A stretch of 62,310 bases of DNA, filler included, from Stramenopiles sp. TOSAG23-3 (taxonomy: Eukaryota): assembly GCA_900128585.1 (NCBI GenBank). It is 19 parts of 19 records of this genome, joined end to end, with 100 filler letters (N's around TTAATTAATTAA, not from the genome) between each part and the next. Parts side by side here need not be neighbours in the genome. Positions count along the whole stretch, not along the records: positions 46,051 to 49,229 come from LT644377.1; positions 49,330 to 52,507 come from LT644378.1; positions 52,608 to 55,775 come from LT644379.1; positions 55,876 to 59,043 come from LT644380.1; 15 more parts are not named here. One strand, 5' to 3'. A model generated the notes under the pieces. The model did no database searches. It saw only the letters and a program-made list of their open reading frames with translations, and had not been told where the DNA came from. The position numbers and the translations under genes are program-made. Shown here piece by piece: positions 46,052-57,516 of the stretch. Each line of letters begins with the position of its first letter. Within the stretch, counting starts at the first letter, position 1.

Positions 46052-47527
46052 CTCTTCACGCAGTGCCAAGCGATTCACGCTCGGTCCTTTCTCCCCTGCC
46101 AAGATACGCCCGGCGCGAAGACGACGTACGCGGCGACGATAACGACACCAAAAGCGCTCACTGCGATCATGTCGGCACTGGGAAACGGCAAACCGTCGCG
46201 TCCACCCACCGCGAACACCGAGTTTCCGTTCGATGGCGACGATTGGCACACGTTCACCTTCGAGCAGCCGGTCGCCTGTGCGTCCTACCTAATCGCGCTG
46301 GCCGTCGGAGACCTTGGGTTTCAAGAGACCGGCCCCCGCACGGGGGTGTGGGCGGAGAAGGGCGTCGTCGAGCGGGCGGCGTACGAGTTCGATGCAATGG
46401 AGGCCATGGTCAACGCTGGGGAGAAAGTATGCGGGCCCTACGAATGGGGGCGCTACGATGTCCTGTGCATGCCAGGGTCGTTCCCCTACGGGGGGATGGA
46501 AAATCCCTGCCTGACGTTTGTTACGCCGACGCTCCTCGCCGGGGACCGAAGCCTCGCGGACGTAGTCATCCACGAAATTACGCACAGTTGGACGGGCAAC
46601 CTGGTCACCAACTCGAACTGGAAGCATTTTTGGTTGAACGAGGGATGGACAATGTTTGTGCAGCGAAAAATAATGGAGTTGCTGCACGGCCGCCAAGTTG
46701 CCGAGCTGGACGCCTCGCTGCGTTTGAAGAGCTTGCGTTCTACCGTAGAGCGTTTTGGGGTTGACCATAATTTCACCCGGCTTTGCCCGGACCTAGAAGA
46801 CGTCGACCCGGACGATGCCTTCTCTATTGTTCCGTACGAGAAAGGGTTTCACTTGCTACGGTACTTGGAGACCGTGGTCGGCGGCCCCGAAAAGTTTGCC
46901 CCGTTCATCCTGGCCTACGTGAAAGAGTTTGCCTTCAAAACGTTGGACTCCAACGATTTCAAATGTTTTTTCAACAATTACTTTTCCTCCACGGAGGGAA
47001 TCGACGCGGTCGACTGGGACGCGTGGCTCCGTGGGACTGGGATGCCCCCTGTCAACAACGAGTTCGACCAAACCCTTGCGAAGGCGGTCATCGAGTTGAA
47101 GCGCCGGTGGACGGAGGAGGAAGACGTTTCGGCCAAAGACCTCGACGGGTGGACAGCAATGCAAACGATGTATTTTTTGGACCTGATGCAATCCAGCGAC
47201 GCCGAAACGTGCAAAGTGTCGAAGTCTGGGGAAAAGCTGAAGGAAATGGATAGTCTGTACCATTTTACCGGTAGCGGAAACGCCGAAATCCGGTTTCGAT
47301 GGCAAATGCTGTGCATAGGCGCAAACATGGAAGAGATCATCCCGCACGTGGTCAAGCTACTGACGGAACAGGGCCGTATGAAATTCACAAGGCCGCTGTA
47401 CCGCGCCCTCTTCGGAACAACCATGGGGAAAGAGGTGGCCCTGTCCACCTTCCTTGAAAATCGGTCCACGTACCATTCAATTTGTGCGAAGATGGTGGCG
47501 CGTGACTTGGGGGTCGGCAGCAAGTAA
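46052..47527 (+). CDS. LTA4H: Leukotriene-A4-hydrolase-like M1 aminopeptidase, 5' partial
   Basis: LFTQCQAIHARS, FPYGGMENP, HEITHSW..WLNEG, VPYEKG, QGRMKFTRPLY. Confidence 0.93.
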   Translation, partial: LFTQCQAIHARSFLPCQDTPGAKTTYAATITTPKALTAIMSALGNGKPSRPPTANTEFPFDGDDWHTFTFEQPVACASYLIALAVGDLGFQETGPRTGVWAEKGVVERAAYEFDAMEAMVNAGEKVCGPYEWGRYDVLCMPGSFPYGGMENPCLTFVTPTLLAGDRSLADVVIHEITHSWTGNLVTNSNWKHFWLNEGWTMFVQRKIMELLHGRQVAELDASLRLKSLRSTVERFGVDHNFTRLCPDLEDVDPDDAFSIVPYEKGFHLLRYLETVVGGPEKFAPFILAYVKEFAFKTLDSNDFKCFFNNYFSSTEGIDAVDWDAWLRGTGMPPVNNEFDQTLAKAVIELKRRWTEEEDVSAKDLDGWTAMQTMYFLDLMQSSDAETCKVSKSGEKLKEMDSLYHFTGSGNAEIRFRWQMLCIGANMEEIIPHVVKLLTEQGRMKFTRPLYRALFGTTMGKEVALSTFLENRSTYHSICAKMVARDLGVGSK

Positions 47528-48089
47528 TTATTAAGTCTTAATTCTTTTTATTGAAAGTTAAAACAAAACATATGCTGAGTTACCAGTATTGCTTAGTAAA
47601 AACAAAACTATGGCGCTGTTACAATTTTAAGTTTGCATTATTAGGGTATGAGGAAGCTAAATTTTAATTGCTTTTTAAAACCAAGTTAGGATTAGGGTAT
47701 AAGGAAAGCTAAATTTAATAACAGCCAATTTTCTTGTTTTTAATTATATTTAAGTTTGCTGTTATTTAATTCTGACGCGCGATCACGTAATACGCGACCA
47801 AAACGTGGAGCAAGGGCGTGCGCTCAAACGAAGAGTGTAAAGAAGTACAGCACGGTGGTTGATATACTGGACATAACTTTACTTTCTTATTCTTACATTG
47901 TACACGTATGCGTGGAATTTTATTTACAGAGGGTCATTCATAAAAGTAAAGATGAATTTTAGCTGTTGCAAAATTAGATCAGTTTTACAATTGGGATAAT
48001 CTTGAGAGTCTTAAAACATACTATATCATTAGTTTTTTTAAAAGTAAAGATACATCCACGGCCTCTCGCAAAAGGAAAACTACGTTCAT

Positions 48090-49001
48090 TTATTGCGTTT
48101 TGGCGCGTTTGGAGTTAAGCGAACCTGTCAAAGCCTCGGTCTTTCTCTTGTTGTCCACTTCCTCGCTTGCCTTGGACCTACCCTCTCGTTCTATCGTAAA
48201 TTTTCCGGCGCCGGACAACTTTGCGAGGTTTTGCAACCGATCTTGGTTGTGTTTGTTGAGTTCGATTATGGGTTTTACCGTCGCCGACGCCATCTCGCCT
48301 TCATCATCGCTCGCGGACATCAAGGCCCCTAGGCGCTGGAAACAATCCTCCACAGTCTTGATTCCTTGCTTCAGACCAAAATACAAGGCAAATGTTTGCG
48401 GGTTGACTACCTTGCGCAAATACTTTTCTTGCGTGACAAACGGTGTATTTTTGTCGTGCTTTTTTAGAATTTTTGCGAAGCCTGCGTAGTTCATAACTGC
48501 GAAATTCTCCAGCATCATAAGGTCGACGTACAGGACTTTCAGGGAGTCGACAAAGTGCCGCATGGTGCCCTTCAAGGCCTCCAGCTCGCCATCGTGCAGC
48601 TTAGCCCCCCCTATTTGAAAAATTTTCTCGGCCGCGTCAATGTTCTCCTTTAATTTAAGTATGCGCGCCAAAAGCAGCTGTTCCTCTCCGTCGTAGAACT
48701 TGCAGACCAGTTCCAGGTTTTTCTTCAGCTCTACGAAGAATTGCCGTTCCGAAGGAAGGCTTGCTATGCGCGTCGGGGTTACCTTTTTGTTGGCACTAAA
48801 CGCTTTCTTAGGGGTCCCCGATGGACTTTCCGGCTCTTTCGTCGCTCCCGGTTGTTCCGCACTAGTCCGAGCTTCGGGGCCCCCGGTCTCTTCCGCAATC
48901 AATCCTATCAAACGTTTGAGTTCCCCATAGTCCATCCAGTATTTCCGCCACGCTGGGTTGGAGAGCCGTGTCGCTTTGGCGAGGAGCTTCCCGTACTTCA
49001 T
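48090..49001 (-). CDS. Stand-alone SPX domain protein
   Basis: MKYGKLL..WMDYGELK, FF..L..V..FY, LENFAVMNYAGFAKILKKHDK. Confidence 0.92.
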   Translation of the reverse strand: MKYGKLLAKATRLSNPAWRKYWMDYGELKRLIGLIAEETGGPEARTSAEQPGATKEPESPSGTPKKAFSANKKVTPTRIASLPSERQFFVELKKNLELVCKFYDGEEQLLLARILKLKENIDAAEKIFQIGGAKLHDGELEALKGTMRHFVDSLKVLYVDLMMLENFAVMNYAGFAKILKKHDKNTPFVTQEKYLRKVVNPQTFALYFGLKQGIKTVEDCFQRLGALMSASDDEGEMASATVKPIIELNKHNQDRLQNLAKLSGAGKFTIEREGRSKASEEVDNKRKTEALTGSLNSKRAKTQ

Positions 49002-49456
49002 ACCGAAACGTATACGCTCACAAGCCTGGGATAAAACCTTTTCGTTATAAAGATCAAGATTAATCTGATCGATGGGGAGAGATTCTTCTCCTCTTTACTT
49101 ATCACATAATTTATTTTGTTTTGATGGTTACACTTATGTACAAAATGATTTTCATTTTATTATACACTAAGATGCTAACCAATTTTAATTCGTTCGTCGT
49201 ATTAATTTCTATTTATTATTAATTCTTCTNNNNNNNNNNNNNNNNNNNNNNNNNNNNNNNNNNNNNNNNNNNNTTAATTAATTAANNNNNNNNNNNNNNN
49301 NNNNNNNNNNNNNNNNNNNNNNNNNNNNNTTTCCCAACAATTATAGCTTCCATGCTATTGCCATATAATATTATATACTATTATTTTATAATACATCCTC
49401 ACTTTATCATCACACCAAAACACAAAATCACCATCCTCTTATAAAGACGACATCGT

Positions 49457-51811
49457 TTACCAGTCGATTTTGAACAGTTCTGCGGTTTTCCAATCCTCTG
49501 CCTCGCCATCTAGCCTGGTCAAAATGTTCGTTTCTAGATTGAACCTTCCTATGCTTTCTGGCTCATCGTCGTCCTCCTCTGGCATTGGGAAAATGGCATT
49601 ATTTTCTGTGTCAAACATGTACGAGTCGTCCCCATGGTTCAAAATGCAGTGCACGTAACTGTACGGGAACGCGCCCCAGCTGTTGTCTTCTAACTTCCCG
49701 TGCCACCACCCGTCCGAATTGTCCATTTCCGTGACCCCAATCATGACGCCTTCTCCAAAGGACAGCTCGTTGTTGTGTTTTGCTTTGAAATCGTGAAGGG
49801 CAATTGCCGTGCAAAGGATTGGCTTCTTGTGCCCGTCGGGTCCCTCGTCGTCGGCCATTTCGTTCCTCGCGACATCGTCCGGGTCCTTTTCCCGCGACGC
49901 CTCGCCCGGAAAGGGCACCTCTATCCCCTCCTCGCTCTCGCTCTCGCAGGCACCCTCACGGTTTCCGTGGACTGGGGGCTGAAAATCATCCCGGGCCGAA
50001 TATGCGCTCCCAGTGCTCTCTTCCTCCATCAACTGCGACTCGGCATCGGTGTCGTCGTTTCCGTCATCGCCCGGTTGCTTCTTCGATCCTTTGGGCGGTG
50101 CCGACGGCAGGGTTCCCCCCCCATTTCGTCGGTGCACGGTGTGCAGGACTTTCCCCATCGACACGAACTCGTTCGCGGTCATGTACTTTGGGTCGGACAG
50201 TTTGAGAACAGAAAAGATGGCGTTGACATGCTTTGGTTGACGGAGTGGGCGAAGCGCGGGGTGGGAGTTGAGCAGGGTTTTCGTCGCTTCGTCGAACGTG
50301 AGGCACTTCAAGACTTTCTTCTTCGGCACCACGCCTTTCTTTTCCTTGTCTATTCGCATGAAGATCCGTTTCATACGCTTCATGAGGAGTGCGATCTCAG
50401 CGCCCGCGGGCCCCCTGCGCGTCATCTTGTCCAGCATGCGAGATTTTCGAACAGGGACCGGCCTTGGCTGATGGGCGTGCTCCTTGCTGTACCAATGCTT
50501 TTCGAAGTATTGCTTGGACGGGCTCAAGTCCGGCGTGAACTTCGGAAGGGCTCTATTTTTGTACCGGTCCTCGCGCTTCTTTAGCGCGGCCGTCCCGTCG
50601 TCGTACAGGCGCTGGAAGAGCGGCTTTCCCCCCGGCTCTGCGTTTCCCCCCTTGGCGGCCCTGTTGATTTGCGGCTTAAATGTGCAGCCGCTCAGGGCCA
50701 GCCCGGTCTTTTCTCGCTTCCTCATTCGCTGCTTCCGCAGCGTCCCCTCTTTCAGCAGCCGTGTCACGATGTCCACCCTTTCCTCCCCGTCCGCGGGGCG
50801 CTTGGACCGGTTGACGTTGGGCCGAAACGTACACTCCTGCTTTTGCTTCAGATACCGCAACTTCTCGACCTGCTCTTTGTGGAGGTGCTTGTCGTACCTC
50901 TTGTTCGGCCTTCCCCCCATCACCTTCCCCCCCGAGGGCTTGCTTCGCTTCCCCTTGGCAATTTTTGGCAGCCTGGTGGTCTGGTCGGTCGGCGGGGTAA
51001 TAGAGGGCAATGCGTTCGTTTCGTTGCGCTTCTTGAGCGCCGCTTTCAACTCCATCTGTCTCTTCTTTCGCTCGTCTTCGTGGGCGTCGTACAAGTAGTC
51101 AAACCTCGTCTTCTTCCCGTTGTCCGAGTTCTTCCCTTGGCGGGCAAAGTAGTTCGGGGTGCTCCGGCCACTCCCTTTTTTCTTCTTCCGGTACGTAGAC
51201 GACTCCAGCCGGGGCTTGAACGTGCAGTTTTGAGGTTTTCTTGATTTTGCCTTTCGCAGCGTATCCTCCTTCTTCCGCAAACGCCGTTTCCCCATCTTGT
51301 ACAGCTCGGTGAACGTGTCCTGGTTTCTTCGATTTGCCCTTCGTCGCGCATTCTCCCGGTCCTGCTCTATTTCCCGCATCCTCGACTTGTATGCCGATAC
51401 GAGCAGTGTGCGGTCGCCCTGGCCATCCGACTCCACCACCGCGTTCAGCATAGACGCAACAGAGGCGTTGACCAGTTCGTTCCGACTCATCCGTGGCTGC
51501 TTCTCTGCCCGTTCGCCGCCCGCTATTTTGGGGTTGAACGTGCACCCGGGTGGAGGCCGGAGGCTCTTTTGTTTTTCCCAAAGATCGAAGCGCTGCTGCC
51601 GCTGTTTTCCCTGTTTATACAACCGATCGAACGCACTCGGTCGGTTGGACTGTGGATGTTTTCTCCGTCGCCCTTTTGCAATCCCCTGGCCCCCGTACCG
51701 GACCGGGTTCGGCTGCCTCAGTTTGGAACGCATCGGCGGCCGCATCGACGTGGTACTGCCCGCGGGCAATTTTTTTCGTTTCTCTTCTTCCAGCCTCGGG
51801 GACAAATTCAT
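49457..51811 (-). CDS. Protein with repeated F.RLY..CTF.P.I motifs and a C-terminal SH3 domain
   Basis: CTFNPKI, CTFKPRL, CTFRPNV, CTFKPQI repeats; SH3 ALHDFKA..ELSF..GWWHG..GAFPYSYV. Confidence 0.8.
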   Translation of the reverse strand: MNLSPRLEEEKRKKLPAGSTTSMRPPMRSKLRQPNPVRYGGQGIAKGRRRKHPQSNRPSAFDRLYKQGKQRQQRFDLWEKQKSLRPPPGCTFNPKIAGGERAEKQPRMSRNELVNASVASMLNAVVESDGQGDRTLLVSAYKSRMREIEQDRENARRRANRRNQDTFTELYKMGKRRLRKKEDTLRKAKSRKPQNCTFKPRLESSTYRKKKKGSGRSTPNYFARQGKNSDNGKKTRFDYLYDAHEDERKKRQMELKAALKKRNETNALPSITPPTDQTTRLPKIAKGKRSKPSGGKVMGGRPNKRYDKHLHKEQVEKLRYLKQKQECTFRPNVNRSKRPADGEERVDIVTRLLKEGTLRKQRMRKREKTGLALSGCTFKPQINRAAKGGNAEPGGKPLFQRLYDDGTAALKKREDRYKNRALPKFTPDLSPSKQYFEKHWYSKEHAHQPRPVPVRKSRMLDKMTRRGPAGAEIALLMKRMKRIFMRIDKEKKGVVPKKKVLKCLTFDEATKTLLNSHPALRPLRQPKHVNAIFSVLKLSDPKYMTANEFVSMGKVLHTVHRRNGGGTLPSAPPKGSKKQPGDDGNDDTDAESQLMEEESTGSAYSARDDFQPPVHGNREGACESESEEGIEVPFPGEASREKDPDDVARNEMADDEGPDGHKKPILCTAIALHDFKAKHNNELSFGEGVMIGVTEMDNSDGWWHGKLEDNSWGAFPYSYVHCILNHGDDSYMFDTENNAIFPMPEEDDDEPESIGRFNLETNILTRLDGEAEDWKTAELFKIDW

Positions 51812-52607
51812 GTTGGAGCGGGCTAAACGAAATGGAACAAAGACAGGGAACCGCCCGGTGCGCGTTTGTTTGTATTCCCTTCTCTAATAATTCTATTGTT
51901 TTCAAAAGATGGTGTAAACTACAATGTGAGTGAGTGAGTGAGTTGTGAAGGGGAAAAGCATGCAAACAAAATCTTCTCGCGTTGGTTTTCTTCTGGTTGA
52001 TTGATTATTTATTTATTAAATTGTGATGATGACGAACAAGAAGAAGTTTTCATCAAATTGCTTAGCACAGCAGGTAAATAATATAGATAAATCGTAATGG
52101 GTTTTTGTTTTTTGTTGAATTTATGATGGTATTTAGCTGTATTTAAATATTTATAGAGGACCTCTTTGTAAAACGGAACAATTTATTAAAAGAACATTCA
52201 GAATAAAGTGGTAAACTAAACGAGGCAATCTCCTATTTATTTATTTTTATCAGTGAGTTTTGTTCTTCCTTCGTTTGTTGGTTATTGTTATTGTTAATAG
52301 TTAGTTCTATTTATATAAAGGAATTAGGAATAAAACTTTTATATAATAAGCCATAGTATAATGTATATTTAGCTATTGTTAGTGAACAATGTCAAAATGT
52401 ATTGTTTTATAAAATAATAGGAATGAGTTTAAGGGGGAGCAAGTGTCATTTTCGATTTTTTTTGGTTATATAAGTATATTATGAACAATTCTTCCACCAA
52501 CAACATTNNNNNNNNNNNNNNNNNNNNNNNNNNNNNNNNNNNNNNNNNNNNTTAATTAATTAANNNNNNNNNNNNNNNNNNNNNNNNNNNNNNNNNNNNN
52601 NNNNNNN

Positions 52608-52686
52608 GTGAGCACAACAAGGAGATGAAATCAAATGGCTACGTACAGTCGATAAACAGGGATTTTGATATGAAAGGAAAGAAACC
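52608..52686 (+). repeat. 79-bp exact inverted copy of 55697-55775 at the contig end
   Basis: Direct comparison. The same MKSNGYVQSINRDFDMKGKKP peptide starts ORFs at both ends. Confidence 0.95.
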
Positions 52687-53907
52687 CAAAGCGACGTGGA
52701 GATTCACGTCGACACCATCTTCGTGGTGTCCAAGTCGCTTCCGGAACTGCCGTTCTCGGTGGTCGAAGCCTCCAAACCAGGGTCCATGCGCTTCGACGAA
52801 GGGGAGCTGTTGGCGTCCAAAGACGGCGACAAGAAAGAGGAGGACGATTCGGTAGTGAAAGTAGGGCTTTCCACGCGGCTGAACTACCGCTGGATTGACG
52901 TCCGCACCCCCGCCCACCAAAGCATCCTCAGGATTCAATCCCATGTTTGCAACTTGTTCCGCCAGTTTCTGTACGAGCGTGACTTCGTAGAGGTGCACAC
53001 CCCCAAGCTGAATGGCGGCGCGTCCGAGGGCGGTGCGAACTGCTTTACCCTTGACTACTTTGGCCAACAGGGGTGCTTGGCACAGTCCCCTCAGCTCTAC
53101 AAGCAGATCACCAGCGCGTGCTCCGGGATGACCCGCGTGTTCGAGGTCGGGCCTGTGTTTCGCGCGGAAAACTCGCACACGCACCGTCACTTGTGCGAAT
53201 TCACCGGGCTGGACATGGAAATGGAAATCAAGGAGCACTACTTTGAAGTGCTGGAAGTATTTTCGGATTTGTTCATTCACATCTTCGAAGGCATTGAGAA
53301 GCGCTGCAAGCACGAGCTTAACCTCGTTGCCCAAATGTACCCGATCGAACCGTTCAAGTTCTTGAAGCCCTCCCTTCGCATCACCTTCGCGGAGGGCTGC
53401 GCGCTGCTGAAGGAGCACGGGATCTCCGACTACGAGCGTGACGTGCTAGGCATTACCCCGCAAGGTCCGTTGGACGATCTGTCGACCCCGAATGAAAAAT
53501 TGCTGGGCAGAATTGTCAAAGAGAAGTACGGAACGGACTTTTTCATGATGGACGAGTACCCATTGGCTGTCAGGCCCTTTTACACGATGCCAAACCCGAA
53601 GAACCCTGCGTTGAGCAATTCGTACGATTTCTTTATGCGCGGCGAGGAAATCATGAGCGGGGCCCAGCGTGTCCACGACGCAGAGATGCTCATCAAACGA
53701 TGCAAGACAGCAGGCTCCCACGGGGACCCGATGACGGACGAGGCGATAAACGCCATGAAAGGTTACATTGATTCGTTTCGTCACGGTGCATTGCCACACG
53801 GCGGGGGCGGTGTTGGGTTGGAGCGCGTTGTTATGCTTTATCTGGGCTTGAAGAACATTAGGTTGGCGTCCTTCTTCCCACGCGACCCCAAGCGCATTAC
53901 CCCATAA
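52684..53907 (+). CDS. DARS1: Cytosolic aspartyl-tRNA synthetase, 5' partial
   Basis: TQSDVEIHV, TRLNYRWIDVRT, ASEGGA, LAQSPQLYKQ, FRAENSHTHRHLCEF, PHGGGGVGLER, FPRDPKRITP. Confidence 0.96.
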   Translation, partial: TQSDVEIHVDTIFVVSKSLPELPFSVVEASKPGSMRFDEGELLASKDGDKKEEDDSVVKVGLSTRLNYRWIDVRTPAHQSILRIQSHVCNLFRQFLYERDFVEVHTPKLNGGASEGGANCFTLDYFGQQGCLAQSPQLYKQITSACSGMTRVFEVGPVFRAENSHTHRHLCEFTGLDMEMEIKEHYFEVLEVFSDLFIHIFEGIEKRCKHELNLVAQMYPIEPFKFLKPSLRITFAEGCALLKEHGISDYERDVLGITPQGPLDDLSTPNEKLLGRIVKEKYGTDFFMMDEYPLAVRPFYTMPNPKNPALSNSYDFFMRGEEIMSGAQRVHDAEMLIKRCKTAGSHGDPMTDEAINAMKGYIDSFRHGALPHGGGGVGLERVVMLYLGLKNIRLASFFPRDPKRITP

Positions 53908-54303
53908 AGAAAGGGGGCGTTTTATTTTAAAAGTTTAAAAAACAAGAAAATTGGCTGTTATTTAAGTAATTAAAATTAATGTACTGCGAACTGAAATCTA
54001 TCTTTTGGTCTTTACTAAAATCGATATACCCTCGTCTCACTTAGTATTTGACTATCATTCTCAGATGTACTCCATTTGTGATCTGAAATTAAAAGTTTAA
54101 AACCAAAAAAGTGGCTGTGTTATTTTATACAAAAAGAGTAAAATTAATATTTTAAGTTTTAAAACACTGAAGTGCAAAAGTATGTGTGAGGGCAAATTAG
54201 ACTTACGCGAGACTTTTCGAAACTCTTTTACTAACTGCGTATCATATTACTCGTTGGTTTGCCTGAGAAATGATGGGCGGTGTCGAGTTTCTTGATACGA
54301 GAT

Positions 54304-55758
54304 TCAACCGTAATTGTTCGACTTCAGCGTTTTCTTTGATTTCTCAAGCTTCAGGAGTATCCACTCGATCAATCTGGCCACTCTAATGTTTGTTGCTACC
54401 ATCTTGCCAAACTCATCGTACACAACGTTCAGCAAAGATTTATCGAACTGCCCACCTTGTTCAATTTGTTTCTTGACCAATTCCATCAGGGCAAGGTCGT
54501 CTTCTTTCGGCTTTCCTTCCAAATCGCAAGCGAAGAACACAAAATCTCTGTACATCGACCGGGCCTCTTGCGCGAAGAAATGCTCTTCAAGCTTACCGTA
54601 AATTTCGTCGCGGCGGGCAGACCACACGTTTCGCCAGCCTTTCCCATCTGGGCTATGTCGCGTTCGGACGGGGGAATTATGATTGTCAAGGGAATCAGCA
54701 GGTGGATACCCCCCAAAGCCCCAGCCGTCAAAATCTTTGATGACGTGCTCTGCAATCTCCATGTGATCCAGGTCCCTTTCGGCCAGCGTGGACGCTAGGC
54801 TTTCTTCTTTGCCAGTAGACACTGAGACAAACGAGTCCATCCAAGTTTCAACCTTTCGTTGCGCCTTACGGCGGGTTTCTTGCGCATGCACTTCGGGATT
54901 CTCGCTTCTTCGGCGACGACGGCGCATGATCTCTTTGTACACACCGTCGGAGTCATCCTCCCTCGTGGCATCTTGCGTCCGCTTCAGCTCCAGCAACCTC
55001 ATTCGCTCCGTGTGCAGCGCAGCAGTTTTCGCGTGCGGCCCTGCATTTGCTGTATACATGTGGATTCGCTTTGCATCCTCTTTGTTAATTTGTATGTCGA
55101 TCTCACCGTTTGTTTTGCTTTTGATCTCATACACCATGTCCTCTAAATTCTTTACCTGCCTTGCTGCTTTTGTCGGGCTGTTGCCAGACTGCGTCGACCT
55201 GGTGGTCGAAGGGGGGCGCGGCTCCAAGTGTAAAAACGGCCGGAAGTGCAAAAGGTGACCGTTCAACGTGTGGATACCCGCATCGAAAAATTGTCCCCGC
55301 TGCACTTTACCGACAACAGTATCACTCTCGCTAACAACCCGTTTTGGAAACGTTGAGATGGTCAAACGCGCGGACCTAGACTTTATGTTGTCCGGGGCTT
55401 CACCGGCTACAAGCTCTTCAATAGTATGGGGGGCTTTGTTGGATCTACGATTGGGGGATCGTTTGCCCGACCTCCTTTTCAGCTTCTCGCGAAGCATTGG
55501 GTCCATCTGTTCAACGCCTTGCTCCTTCTCCAGCTCTCTTACCAGCAAAAAATGTTTCCCGACCGTGTTCATGTTGCCTACCGGAATGTAAGGCTTCGCT
55601 TGAGGGGAGAATACTCCTCTGCCTTTTGGCAGAATAGGTCGGTTTCTTTTCGCTAGCCTTTTCATAAAACGTTTTGCACCGTTCCTTTTCTTATTCGGTT
55701 TCTTTCCTTTCATATCAAAATCCCTGTTTATCGACTGTACGTAGCCATTTGATTTCAT
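54304..55758 (-). CDS. Hypothetical protein, possibly 5' partial
   Basis: 484-aa ORF with frame open to the contig edge. No domain recognised. Confidence 0.7.
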   Translation of the reverse strand: MKSNGYVQSINRDFDMKGKKPNKKRNGAKRFMKRLAKRNRPILPKGRGVFSPQAKPYIPVGNMNTVGKHFLLVRELEKEQGVEQMDPMLREKLKRRSGKRSPNRRSNKAPHTIEELVAGEAPDNIKSRSARLTISTFPKRVVSESDTVVGKVQRGQFFDAGIHTLNGHLLHFRPFLHLEPRPPSTTRSTQSGNSPTKAARQVKNLEDMVYEIKSKTNGEIDIQINKEDAKRIHMYTANAGPHAKTAALHTERMRLLELKRTQDATREDDSDGVYKEIMRRRRRRSENPEVHAQETRRKAQRKVETWMDSFVSVSTGKEESLASTLAERDLDHMEIAEHVIKDFDGWGFGGYPPADSLDNHNSPVRTRHSPDGKGWRNVWSARRDEIYGKLEEHFFAQEARSMYRDFVFFACDLEGKPKEDDLALMELVKKQIEQGGQFDKSLLNVVYDEFGKMVATNIRVARLIEWILLKLEKSKKTLKSNNYG

Positions 55759-56457
55759 CTCCTTGTTGTGCTCACNNNNNNNNNNNNNNNNNNNNNNNNN
55801 NNNNNNNNNNNNNNNNNNNTTAATTAATTAANNNNNNNNNNNNNNNNNNNNNNNNNNNNNNNNNNNNNNNNNNNNATCCGTGGTGAACGCTCTTAAGTTA
55901 TTTGCTTAATTTCGTTTAATGTCCGCGTCGATGAGTTATTAAACTCGTTGATCATACGAAACCAAAACTGGCTTTCATCAAAGCCACACAAACAAAACAA
56001 TTGAAAAAGAAATCGATCGCTCGTTCTACCTATACTCCCCCCCAAACGCCCGTGTACAATTTTTAACTAACCTATAACCTTGCGCCATCTAAGTGCAATC
56101 AATCAACAGCAACACCCCCAAAGTTATCTTTCGGAAAGTTGAAACCAAACGTAGATTGGATTTTTACGTTTTGTCCCTTCCTCCCGACCCTTTTTCTTCA
56201 ATTTTTTTCAACAAGAAGGGATTCTTTTCTTCTTCTTCTTCTTCTTCTTCTTACTTCTCTCTCACCAAATGTTGCTGCCTGTTATTATTATCTTCTTTTC
56301 TTTTTCTTAGAAGAAAGAAGAAGATGAATGATGGAGGATGATGATAATAAAATAATAATATCTATTAGGATATATATAGACACAGCATAAACATAATAGA
56401 AAAAATAATAATAATCTTTTTTTTCCTTTTTTCTTTCTCTTCGTTTTTTCCTAATGA

Positions 56458-57426
56458 ATGAAATGGTATGTGCTTTCAACCATCAAAAAACATTCAGTCA
56501 GAATTACTCACCAGAAATCACCAAAAGAATCTGGACGTTTGTTTTTGTTCAGCGCCGTTGCAGGCGGCGCGTCGTTGTATTGTTTTAAGGCAGCGCGAGA
56601 TTTGTGGAGGAGTGGAGAGACAGTCCTCTCTGCCAAGGATACGACCATAGCGGAGTTGGTGAACAGTTCGGAAGGGTCGGCGGCGATTAGGAAAGATGTA
56701 GTGGACGTTCAGGGTCAAGTTCGGGCGTGTTCAAAGGCCATGGGTTGTACGCTGAATGACAAATCCACGATGAAAGTCGTTTACCAACGGTCGACATGGA
56801 GGGAGAAACTATACAGTTGTCAGATTGCACAACGGAACGGGCAGTTGCTCGTTGATTGCCACGAAAGTTGGAGGGAGTCAAAATGCATTGTTGGGGAAGT
56901 TCAGGGCGCGGAAAAACGAAAGGGTAGGAACAGTGACAGAACGCACAGTTTTCAAATGCACGATGGGGGCGGCAAGTCCGTCTTTGTTTTCGAGGCATCG
57001 GACGAAGCCATGGACGGGATTGCTAGGCGAGTAGTCGATACATACGCTCCTTCGACCAACGATACTATAGAAACAAAGAGGCGCAAGCAAGCTCACAGGG
57101 CCCTGTACATCTCCGTAGCTGTAGCAAAAGCATCGCAAGCCGTAGCCGTGGACACGGAAAGCATAGAGCCTCTAGTGTTGGGGACGAAAAAGACTGTCGA
57201 CGTGGTAGCGGAAGGTGACTTTGTACACGTCATCGGTCGCCCAGAACTCCACAACGAAAGGAATGGGTCCCGTGTTGTACGTTTCAACAAAGATGCCCTT
57301 CTCAGTAGGAGCGGGCACCAAGAGTTAGGGGAAGCCATTCAAAGGGATAGCGACAACAAACGCTTTTACGCTTGGCTTTTTGCCATACCATCGATCGCGT
57401 CCGTCTTCGCGGGTTTAAGCAGGTGA
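56458..57426 (+). CDS. Two-TM membrane protein, possibly GIDE/MUL1-like without RING
   Basis: TM near residues 28-45 and at the C-terminus, flanking a beta-rich domain (VDVQGQV, FVHVIG). Confidence 0.5.
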   Translation: MKWYVLSTIKKHSVRITHQKSPKESGRLFLFSAVAGGASLYCFKAARDLWRSGETVLSAKDTTIAELVNSSEGSAAIRKDVVDVQGQVRACSKAMGCTLNDKSTMKVVYQRSTWREKLYSCQIAQRNGQLLVDCHESWRESKCIVGEVQGAEKRKGRNSDRTHSFQMHDGGGKSVFVFEASDEAMDGIARRVVDTYAPSTNDTIETKRRKQAHRALYISVAVAKASQAVAVDTESIEPLVLGTKKTVDVVAEGDFVHVIGRPELHNERNGSRVVRFNKDALLSRSGHQELGEAIQRDSDNKRFYAWLFAIPSIASVFAGLSR

Positions 57427-57516
57427 GAAAGGGGAAAAATTATTCAACACTCATATTCTGCACTTCTAATTTTAAGATTGGTTTTTAATGCTTACCTTCC
57501 TCCTCCCCTCTCCCTT

